The translations under genes and the position numbers were made by a program. Below, one piece after another: positions 47,826 to 59,893 of a DNA stretch of 64,000 nucleotides (positions within the stretch are counted from its first letter, which is position 1; each line of letters starts with the position of its first letter). A model generated the notes under the pieces. That model worked only from the letters and a program-made list of their open reading frames with translations. It was not told the origin of the DNA and made no database searches. The stretch is from Eledone cirrhosa (Eukaryota), in contig OZ024749.1 of NCBI GenBank assembly GCA_964016885.1, positions 13,640,001 to 13,704,000 of the forward strand. The letters run 5' to 3'.

Positions 47826-48245
47826 GAAAGACGTAAAATATGAAAATTATAAAAATTAACTTACTAAAATTTCACTCCAACTAATTAGTTTCTGAAAGGG
47901 AATAAACATGGTTTTCCAAATGGAAAGCATAGAGAAGCCTTTCGTCATCAGGAAGTCTGTTCTCAGCTAAGTTCCCAGGCGATGTGTGGACACAGGGAAC
48001 TTATACAAAAATAATTCAGTGGATGGAAAAAAGCAAGCGTGGACTAAATTCCAAGACATTGAAAAAATCACTGCCTACTTGGTCGGTGGCAAATTCAAAA
48101 GAATCAATCACGTGACATCGAGGTTAATCAGTGAGGAGTGGGGTGTTGAAAAGACAGTAGCCGAGCCATTACTATGAACTATTGAACTATATATTTGCTA
48201 GCATAGGTATGCATCTGTATATATATGTTGGTAGATATACTAATT

Positions 48246-48316
<71 letters not shown>

Positions 48317-48381
48317 GTATTTCCGTAGAAAAGGTAAAGGAAGGAAGAGTGCTCTATGTATAGTACAGAGCTATTTGATAA

Positions 48382-48598
48382 TGTAATAAACAACACAATG
48401 TAATTATTCCATTATCTGAGATTTCATGAAATTAGACGATTCTGACTTAATTAAAATCTATAAAGATTTTAATTTCTTATATCTTATATCCATAACATAA
48501 ATATTTCATCTGATGAGCGAAGTGGACGTTTCTGTTAGAATAATCTAGTTTCATGAAACCTTACGTAATGGAATAATTATATTATGTTGTTTATTATA
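48382..48598. mobile_element. Short inverted-repeat element, family B (Penelope pLTR-like)
   Basis: 48382-48446 is an imperfect reverse complement of 48534-48598. Shares the flank AATTAT(A/C)TTATGTTGTTTATTA with the element at 54001-54111. Confidence 0.7.
48502..48575 (+). ncRNA. Candidate type I hammerhead ribozyme (family B)
   Basis: Stem I TATTTCAT/ATGGAATA (8 bp, one G.U). CTGATGA 48510-48516. Imperfect 38-nt stem II region. GAAA 48555-48558. Minimal stem III AC-CTTAC-GT. GUA triplet 48565-48567. Confidence 0.65.
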
Positions 48599-48618
48599 TA
48601 ATTAAATATGCACACGCA

Positions 48619-48852
<234 letters not shown>

Positions 48853-49068
48853 TATGAGAGGGAGAGAGAGAGAGAGGGAGACAGAGAGAGGGGCGGAAGA
48901 GAGACAGTGAGAGAGAGACAGATAGATAGATGGATAGATAGATACAAGAAGTAAACGAAAACAACGAAGTAAACATCAAAGTACAATGTAGAAATATAGT
49001 AGTTTAACGTGATATGGTGATATGGTACGTAACGTGATATGTTTCGAACACTGACTATATATATATTC

Positions 49069-49098
49069 GTGTGTGTGTGTGTGTGTGCGTGTGTGTGT

Positions 49099-49190
<92 letters not shown>

Positions 49191-49470
49191 CTGTGTGTGT
49201 GTGTGTATATGTGTGTTTGTGTGTGTGTGTGTCTGCACCATCTGCAATAGGCAAATATTCTATTGCTGAAGTGGTTTACTAGTGAGACATGTACCACTCA
49301 CAACGGCTACAACAACAACAGCAGCGACAACAACAACAACAACAGCAGCGACAACAACACCATCAACCACAACAGGGACAACAACATCAACAAGAATAAC
49401 AGTGCCAACAACATCAACAAGAATAACAGCGGCAACAACAACAACTCAGACACAAACAACGTCCACTCCA
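49069..49470. repeat. (TG)n tract (49069-49232) and degenerate (CAA)n tract (49300-49470)
   Basis: Direct inspection. Confidence 0.85.
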
Positions 49471-49630
49471 ACAAACAATTAAGAAATGTTGTACAACGAA
49501 GCAGAATGTTTATAGAAAACAACAAAAAGGATTTGATTGGCGGCCATTTTGGTTTTACTATTCTCTGCTATACGATAAAGACAATAGGAGAAATACCATC
49601 GTCTCACATGACCTGACTAGCTGATATCGT

Positions 49631-49675
<45 letters not shown>

Positions 49676-49694
49676 ATATATACATATATATATA

Positions 49695-49728
<34 letters not shown>

Positions 49729-49739
49729 CACACGCACAT

Positions 49740-50391
<652 letters not shown>

Positions 50392-50803
50392 GCATATCTA
50401 CGGGTAAATTCTTAAGAGGCAAGCCTACAAAAGATGTTTAAACGATGTCCAAATAAACACAAAAGGTGCAGTGAAAAGAGAAATTACTTGTTTTGATTGA
50501 AAATACACCTGCGTATATATGATGTACACACACGCGCGCGCGCGCACACAGACACAGACACACACACAAACACACACACGCATGCATACACACATTCACC
50601 TTTACACAGACACATACACCCATATACACATACACCCACACAAATACACACCTTATACAGATATATACATTAAGTTTGTGAGCTTGCGTTTGTCTATATA
50701 TATATTTATATACCCATATTTGCTTGGAACTATCTGGCTATGTATGTATGTTTGCATGAATGTATATATACAAACATATAAAATACGCACTCAGATATGT
50801 ATA

Positions 50804-50988
50804 TACAAAGTTTGTAGGCTATGAAGGAGTGATGCTAGTCCTGTGAAATCTTGCATCTATTAATTTCAACTCTTCTTAATAAGTGCATTGTTTCTTTCTC
50901 TGATTGTTTTGACAAATATACCTCATTTGGTAATTCCATGAGAGTATTTTGGTCAGCCTATAAACTTTTCAGCCGACACTTTTACGTA
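50804..50988. mobile_element. Possible Tc1/mariner-derived non-autonomous remnant
   Basis: AAAGTTTGTAGGCT (50807-50820) vs AGCCTATAAACTTT (50955-50968) is a 13/14 inverted match. The right end TTTTCAGCCGACAC...CGTA resembles mariner TIR ends followed by TA. Confidence 0.4.
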
Positions 50989-51194
50989 CATACATGGTGG
51001 CTGCCAACTCGTTTTCGAGTACGGCCACTACTTTATATCCATGTAGGAGAACGCCTACCGATGCGCTGAACGAGTGTGACTTTTTAGTCCAGTCAGCGTA
51101 TTGAAAACTCTGGTACAAACACTACACCTGTGACAATTATTGACACATAGTGCTAGGCCCATGGTACCATGTGAGGACAAGTGCAGAGAGATCT

Positions 51195-51603
51195 CCAGAT
51201 ATAAAGCAATGCCTGTGCCGTGAAGCTTTTATAGAGAGCAAAGGCACTGCACAAAGCCAGTCCCACTCTCTTAACCAAGATGATATTTACCAAAAAGAAG
51301 AACAAGTCAACATCATTGGATACCATCAGAGTTGCAGGTGTTATATCAGAGTTTTCCTTCTCCTAGAATTCTGCCTTGACAAAGGCTAAGGGGTCATCTC
51401 TCCAGGTGATTTTGGATGGCCATTGACTCTTAAGAGGTCCTTTGTCCTTTGACAGGTTTTGTTTTTAGTCCTGCAGGATGTCCAAAGTCACCCTCCTCAC
51501 CAAGAAACCTTGGTGGGGTTGCCAGTTTAGTCGCCAACGACCCGATCATGAGACAGGTTGTACTGGGATACATGTTACCAGTAGCACCAACTGGTGACCT
51601 GAC
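51195..51603 (-). mobile_element. 5' region (UTR) of an RTE-like LINE
   Basis: Contains CAGAGTTTTCCTTCTCCTAG...AAGGCTA and GGGGTTGCCAGTTTAGTCGCC, which resemble antisense RTE 5' UTR motifs. A diverged second copy of 51195-51405 lies at 51805-52012. Confidence 0.55.
51522..51599 (-). ncRNA. Candidate HDV-like ribozyme, partly degenerate
   Basis: Minus strand: P1 GGUCA/UGAUC, hairpin ACCAGU/ACUGGU in J1/2, P2 CCAGU/ACUGG, L3 with CC, GG after P1', P4 UCG-UUGG-CGA, J4/2 CUAA. P3 and the distal part of P1 have mismatches. Confidence 0.45.
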
Positions 51604-51804
51604 ATACATATATATATACATACATATACACATACATACATATATGCATACATGCACACAAACATACATACATATCTGATGGCTGCAGCTCGATTTCGAG
51701 TAATGCTATAATTTGATACTTAAGCATGAACATCACAGACGTGGCTTTTTAATCCTGCTAGGGACTTGCCTATGGCCAGCAATACCATGCATCGCAAAAA
51801 ATGT

Positions 51805-52012
51805 CACATATCAAGCAATGCCTAAGCTTGAAACTTTTTTAAGTGAGGAAAGGCTTTGCATGGGGTCAATCCCACTCTCTGAACATCGAATGCATTTACC
51901 CGAAAAGAAGAACTGTTCTACATCATTGGCTGCAAACGAAGTCGCAGGTTTTATATCAGAGTGACTTTCTCCCAGGGTAATGTCTTACTGAAGACTAGGA
52001 GTCTCTCACTCC
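51805..52012 (-). mobile_element. Second, diverged copy of the RTE-like 5' region
   Basis: Colinear with 51195-51405: AAGCAATGCCT, TCCCACTCTCT, AAAAGAAGAAC, CATCATTGG, GCAGGT.TTATATCAGAGT. Confidence 0.6.
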
Positions 52013-52019
52013 ACAAAAA

Positions 52020-52791
<772 letters not shown>

Positions 52792-53053
52792 TTTATTATA
52801 CCAATATACTGACTCTAAAAGAGACACGTTTGGTTCTCTGTGGTATTATTAGTAAGAGATTATTATTCCAGGTCCAGTAAGTGACTTGTTGACTCTATTA
52901 ATGCCAAACAGTTGTAGACCTGCCTCTCACTAAACTGGTTTCACCTTACTACTAAACACACCAGTTGAACGTATTATACTAAATTACATTTTTACTGTTG
53001 TTGCGTTGTTGGTGTTTTTGTTGGTGTTGAGTTATTTAATTAATATGTATATG

Positions 53054-53141
<88 letters not shown>

Positions 53142-53211
53142 TACATATATATATACATAATTGTTGCTTAATGTACACACGCACTTGTCATACTTTCTCT
53201 CTTTCTCGATT

Positions 53212-53261
<50 letters not shown>

Positions 53262-54028
53262 TGAAACAGTAAGCAAAAAAAAAACACAACAACATGGAAG
53301 CGAAGAGGCAGTACAAAATGTTAATATTAGTATATATATAGAGAGAGAGGGGGAGGAGAGAGATGTATACGCACACACCCGTATATATATATGCACACAA
53401 TTACATCAGAGAAAGAGACAGCTGCATCTTTGCTGGCGTGCTATTTGTCGTGTTAAGGTTGTATTGCAATTGAAATGGCATTTAGCGCAACAGATCGGGG
53501 GAGCACTCTGTTGGTAAGAAGCATGTGATACGATAACAAATCAAAGAATAGACAGAGTAATTTACGGCTGTCTTTCAACTAAAACTGAGATAAGTACGTA
53601 AAAATTGTGATTAAAAATAAATAGAGATCAGACTTAGTATGTTAAATGTACAATATATTAACACTGGAAAGACTGAAATTAGATCATGTTGACTTTCATA
53701 TATATATATACAAATATATACAAACATACGCACTCATATATATATATATATATATATATAAATTAATAAAAACAATGAATAAAAACAAAGAAACAGTCCC
53801 TTATATTAAAAAATTCATCATTTTACGATCGTTTCTAGGATATATATGTGTGTTGGTATCTATATCATATAGATCTATGTAAAAATTTTACAAACTATCA
53901 GAGGGAATATACATACCTACACATGTATATGCTGTCTCCAGAAATAATGATATTTGTTTATTGAAAAACACCAACAAAGATTTAATATATATATATATAG
54001 TTATGTAATAAACAACATAAGATAATTA

Positions 54029-54092
54029 ATTCATTTACCAGTGGTTTCTTGAAGACAGATATTTATATCTGTCTTCAGTCGTCAGAATGAAT
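54029..54092 (-). ncRNA. Candidate type I hammerhead ribozyme (family B), best-formed copy
   Basis: Minus strand AUUCAUU-CUGACGA-c-UGAAGACAGAUAU-aa-AUAUCUGUCUUCA-a-GAA-ACCA-c-UGGU-A-AAUGAAU. This gives a 7-bp stem I, canonical core, 13-bp stem II and near-palindromic stem III, with a GUA cut between 54036 and 54035. Confidence 0.75.
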
Positions 54093-54248
54093 AACATGTT
54101 ATTCATTCTGATATATAGATAATACTCCGACATGCACCATTTAAACAAGTCGTTGAGCGCTTCTTTTTATCTGCTTCACGGCCGACAGACCATAATGTGG
54201 TCCGCACATTTCTCTTCTCTTAACCTCATACTCTAATATATATATATA

Positions 54249-54790
<542 letters not shown>

Positions 54791-55606
54791 GAGATGGAGA
54801 AGGAATAAGGAGAATACAAAGGAAATATAGAGGAGGGAGTGAGTCAGGTGTCCAGTAAGTTGTATAAGTATCTTTTTGGTGAGGACACATCTCTACGTTT
54901 CAATATTTTTCAATGTTTTTCTTTCCATTTCTTCACCTATTTTTTTTTCTCATAAAATTTCGCTTTCAAATATTTAGATTACATTTGTCAAAGGATAGAT
55001 CTCGTAGTCAATGAATAAAGTAACGAAATTACAAAAGAATGTTTGTTAATGATATAAACGAAACACTTGGAAGAAATGGGCATATATATAAGACTTTACT
55101 TAAATCAACATTGATGATCGTTATCAAATAAAGGGAGTTAACTTGTTTTAGTTTTCTATTCAAATGTTTTGTAGGCATAATCAATATGACCACCACCACC
55201 TATTGTACGATATTGTAACCTATGTTTTCTTATTTTAGAAACCCTATTAGTTGGCTTAGGAGCAGGAATAGTGCTCTCATTAAAGTCAACTAGACAGATG
55301 CCTTGAGTGCAGACCTCAGAAATACGTATTACTGAATCATAAAAGGTTACATTTTAATAAAATTTGCATAATTAAATCAAATATCAATACTTAGTTTCCT
55401 GCAAACAATAAATAATCGCTAAACATCTTTGGTATGTAGCAGTGTTGTGGAAATATCATAGTGGTGGAAGGGGTTGTATGGTGTTGTGACCTATTTCGTG
55501 ATTTGGAGTGGGTGAATGTGGATTGTGTAGTGGAAAAGGCGGCTGTAATTGTATTTGTGTCTAGAGGAATAAATATTAAAAAGTAGGGTTGTCATTATGG
55601 ACATTC

Positions 55607-55866
55607 ACATCATCATCATCCTCCTCATCAACATCATCATCATCATCATTATCATGATCGTTATCATCATCATTATCATGATCGTTATCATGATCGTTAC
55701 TTACATAATTAAACAGAAAACTTGTAGCTTACTTCACAAACAACTCGTCTTGTTGGTCTTCGTTAAAATATGTTGGACACTGACCTAGAAACAAACAACC
55801 TTACACACACACACACACACATGCTCACACACACGCGCGCACACACACTCACGTATATATATGTAT

Positions 55867-55899
<33 letters not shown>

Positions 55900-56033
55900 C
55901 GTACACCCACCCATACACACATATATATATATACGTACACCCACCCACACACATATATATATGTACACACACACATATATATACATGTACACACACACAC
56001 ATATATATATATATACATCTACACACACACACA

Positions 56034-56078
<45 letters not shown>

Positions 56079-56140
56079 ACACACACACACACACATATAT
56101 ATACACATGTACACACACACTCACACATATATATATATAC

Positions 56141-56187
<47 letters not shown>

Positions 56188-56251
56188 GACACACAGACAG
56201 GCAGTGTATGGGAGTATTGTTGTTATTGGTGATGTTATTGTTGATGACGGC

Positions 56252-56292
<41 letters not shown>

Positions 56293-56840
56293 CTGTGATG
56301 ACGATGATGATGATGATGATGATGACCGTGATGACGATGACCATGGCGATGATGATGATGATGGGAACTGGTCAGTCCGGTTCTCATGTAACTTGTATAG
56401 AAACACAGTGAGAGAATAACTGTTTTTACATTTGGCACAAGGCCAGCAATTTGGGTGGAGGGGTGGGGGTCGATTAAATAGAGCCCACGTACGTAACTGG
56501 TACTTGATTTTATTGGTGGTGGTGGTGGTGGTGGTGGTGGTGGTGGAGGAGGGGGGGACGGGAGAGGGAGGGTGAGAGGTAAAGTGTTGGGGATCGGTGG
56601 TGTAGTGGTGGTGCGGAGGAGGAGCTGTAATTGTCACTGGTAGAAACATACGTAACTGTGGCCGCCATATTGCTGTCTTACCTCTCTCTCTCTCTCACTC
56701 TCTCTCACTCACTCACTCCATCTCTCTCTCTGTCCTGTCTCTCTCTCTCACACTCACGCACTCACTCCATCTCTCTCTCTGTCTCTCTCTGTCCCTGTCT
56801 CTCCCTTTCTCTCATACCATCTCTCCCTCTCTCTCTCCCC

Positions 56841-56876
<36 letters not shown>

Positions 56877-56909
56877 GTGTGTATATATATATATATATGT
56901 GTGTGTGAG

Positions 56910-56955
<46 letters not shown>

Positions 56956-56984
56956 CAGTCCTGGGCCCCCACGTATATATATAC

Positions 56985-57033
<49 letters not shown>

Positions 57034-57040
57034 TGTATAT
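55607..57040. repeat. Compound microsatellite zone: (CAT)n, (CA/TA)n, (GAT)n, (GGT)n, (CT)n, (TA)n
   Basis: Direct inspection. This zone explains the low-complexity ORFs here. Confidence 0.85.
56414..56513 (-). mobile_element. SINE 3' fragment
   Basis: TTTGGCACAAGGCCAGCAATT...GTCGATTAAATAGAGCCC...ACTGGTACTTGATTTTAT is the reverse complement of the 3' half of the SINE at 58535-58715. Confidence 0.75.
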
Positions 57041-57272
57041 ATATATATTCTCTATCTACAATACATGTTATTTACTGTCAACAACAATTGTTAATTGTGA
57101 CAAATCTCGTCATGTCGGCCATATTACTGTCTTACATTCTTTTATGATTTATTGAGGCTTTTATTGTTATTATATATCTTTCTTTCTCCACTTCTCTCTT
57201 TCTTTGTCTGTCTCTCTTTCTTTTTATTTCTCTTTCGTCTTGTTCCTTTTCTTTGATTTCTTGTTAAATGTT

Positions 57273-57309
<37 letters not shown>

Positions 57310-57339
57310 CACTACCACTACCACTACTACTACTACTAC

Positions 57340-57375
<36 letters not shown>
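57273..57375. repeat. (CTA)n-(TAA)n microsatellite at the 5' junction of the R4/Dong element
   Basis: Direct inspection. Confidence 0.9.
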
Positions 57376-57376
<1 letters not shown>

Positions 57377-58422
57377 GGGAGGGCTTACCATCAATCACCT
57401 CCTCAGAACCGCATGTTCGACAACAACCAGAAGATGCTGTTTGGGCAGCTTGAAGGGAAAGAAAGAGGCAACGACTTGATCCCTGAGGCGGAACAAACTA
57501 AAACATTCTGGAGAGGAATATGGGAGCAGGATGTTAAACATAATGACCAGGCAGTGTGGATTGAGACAGTACAGAAGGAGATTAGTGAACAGGCACACCA
57601 ACAAACTGATTTGAGTATCACAGTTGAAACTCTTAAGGGGCAGGCCAAAAAACTAACCAACTGGAAATCACCAGGCCCAGATGGTGTGCAGGGGTATTGG
57701 ATTAAAAATATAACATCCCTCCACCCGAAACTGACAACCATGTTCAATGACTGCTTGATGTCAGGTGAGGTACCAGAGTGGTTGACAAAAGGTACCACAG
57801 TTCTGATAATGAAAGACCGAATCAAGGGTAATGATGTTACCAACTATAGACCTATCACATGTCTGTCCGTAATGTGGAAACTGTTGACAAGCATTATGTC
57901 TGAGGAAATCTGCCATCACCTCCACACAAACAACTTGTTACCGGACGAACAGAAAGGATGCCGAAAGAAGTCACGTGGTACAAAGGACCATTTACTTATT
58001 GATAAGATAGTAATGAGGAATTGCAAGAGGAGACACACTGGTCTTGCCATGGGATGGATAGACTACAAAAAGGCATTTGACATGGTGCCTCATTCTTGGA
58101 TGATCAAAAGCCTGGAGATCATCAAGGTGGCAGATAACATCAGACAGTTGTTGGGCAAAAGTATGAAGTCCTGGGAAACAGAGTTAACATCAACTGGAGA
58201 CTATCTCAAAAAGTTTCCAGGGATGGTTAAAGAAAATTGGCCCCTTCACGCTTTTTGGAACGCTTCAAAAGGCATGCTTGTTGGGAACAGCAAGAACCCT
58301 CCGATACGTCCTGAATATCTGAGGCTGCAGGTAGTGGCTTGATATTCATTTCAACAAACTTTCCAGTTAACTAGCATCAATGACTGAGACTCAAAGAGTA
58401 ATGACAACAATAATAATAATAA
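57376..58422 (+). mobile_element. R4/Dong-clade non-LTR retrotransposon, 5'-truncated and internally deleted
   Basis: RT N-terminal motifs FWRGIW, NWKSPGPDG, NYRPITCL, EQKGC, WIDYKKAFDMVPHSW. Near 58197 it jumps, in another frame, to the C-terminus LQKACLLGTARTLRYVLNI* (stop 58320-58322). (TAA)n on both sides. Confidence 0.85.
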
Positions 58423-59578
58423 TGATTTCTTTATTGGCCACAAGGGCTGACATCAAGAAAAACATTACAGACGGCACGGGGTGGTACAGGACGGACGATG
58501 TGGGTTTTGTGCGTGTAAATATTTTTATTATTTTTGGCAGTATCGGTAGAGGGTCGGACGCCATGCTTTGACGCATAGAGTTACGGTCCTTGCCATTCTG
58601 AGTTCAAATCCCGCCAAGGTTTACTTTGCCTTTCATCCTTACGGGGTCGATAAAATAAAGTACCAGTAATGCACTGAGTAATTGCTGGCCTTGTGCCAAA
58701 AGTAGAAACAATTATTTATATAAGAAAAGAAAAAAAGACATAGAAACATATATATATATATAAACAATAAAAATGAAATTTGAAACAATGAAAAATTCCC
58801 CAATAGGGGGGAAACCTCCGAGGGTTACTCGTGACGAAAACCACACAAAAGACCACGGCCACCCTGACCACCAGGGCAAGCGCCCTCTCTCAATTTTTAC
58901 ATTTCTCAAACTACAGACGTATATTCAGAGCGGTCCCGTTCACTCGGACCATTCTCGCTACATTCACCCATCTTTCAATAAACTTGCTAGAAAGCAGCAC
59001 TTGGCTCTCCATCCTGATTTTCCTCTTCAAATGAAACTTGAAAAAGTTAATTAGGGATTCGCCGAAGAGGAAAGTGTCTGTCTTTAACCCTTACAACCTT
59101 GTACACCACACAATCTATTTCGCCATGGTCACCAGGCAGATGAAAACCGCCTGCCTTTCCTCCTCGAAGGAAGACGGTGAGACCATCTGCACAATGGACT
59201 CAGTCGATAACCGGATCAGTCCCACACGCGACAGCAACTGTTCGACAGAGCTCCACAAGTCAGCAATGCTCGGGCACTGAACGAGTGCGTGCACGACGGT
59301 TTCGTCGCTCTGCGCGCATCTCGGACAGGCTCGGCTGACGGCACTTCCGTGCCTGTAGAGCTTATCTCGAACCGGCAGCGCTCCCCGGTAGCACTGCCAG
59401 GCCAGGGATTTTTGGAAGTTATCCATAGGCACTGGGCTGAAAGTTCTCCGGAAGAGAGCAAACAGCTGATCTTCTTCGACGCCCAGGATCTCTCCGAGAA
59501 CGTCGTCGCTCTTCCCCTCCACTAGTCCTCTATAGAACGCCGAGGTGGATGTTCCACCGATACTGGTGCCCAGCTGGC

Positions 59579-59580
<2 letters not shown>
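58423..59580 (-). mobile_element. 5'-truncated L1/Tx1-clade LINE (older copy)
   Basis: Colinear with the 3' end of the intact copy (STSAFYRGLVEGKSDD...CPRCAQSDETVVHALVQC). Premature stop at 59115, true stop near 58911. 3' terminus GATTTCTTTATT..CCACAAGGG at 58423 matches 59632. Confidence 0.9.
58535..58715 (+). mobile_element. tRNA-derived SINE inserted in the LINE 3' UTR
   Basis: TGGCAGTATCGGTAG (A-box-like), GAGTTCAAATCCC (B box), ACTTTGCCTTTCATCCTTACGGGGTCGATAAAATAAAGTACCAG, TTGCTGGCCTTGTGCCAAAA. Confidence 0.85.
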
Positions 59581-59633
<53 letters not shown>

Positions 59634-59893
59634 TTTCTTTATTAACCACAAGGGTTTACATAAAGTAGACATTAAGGACAGTGCAGGACAATGCAGGACG
59701 GTACAAATGGGCATTTCTGCGTGTAAAAAAACAAAAACAGAGGATGTAACAAAAATAACAATGAAAATAACAATGAAAAATTCCCCAATAGGGGGGAGAC
59801 TTCGGAGGGACATTTGTGGAGAAAGCCCAGTAAAAAGCCACAATGACCCTGACCACCAAGGCAAGTGCCCTCTCCCAGTTTTCCACCTTTAGT

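Noticed and set aside
47900-48005. Minus-strand CTGATGA (about 47945-47951) next to the hairpin TAAGTTCCC/GGGAACTTA
   Set aside because: No stem I pairing could be built around a valid NUH site.
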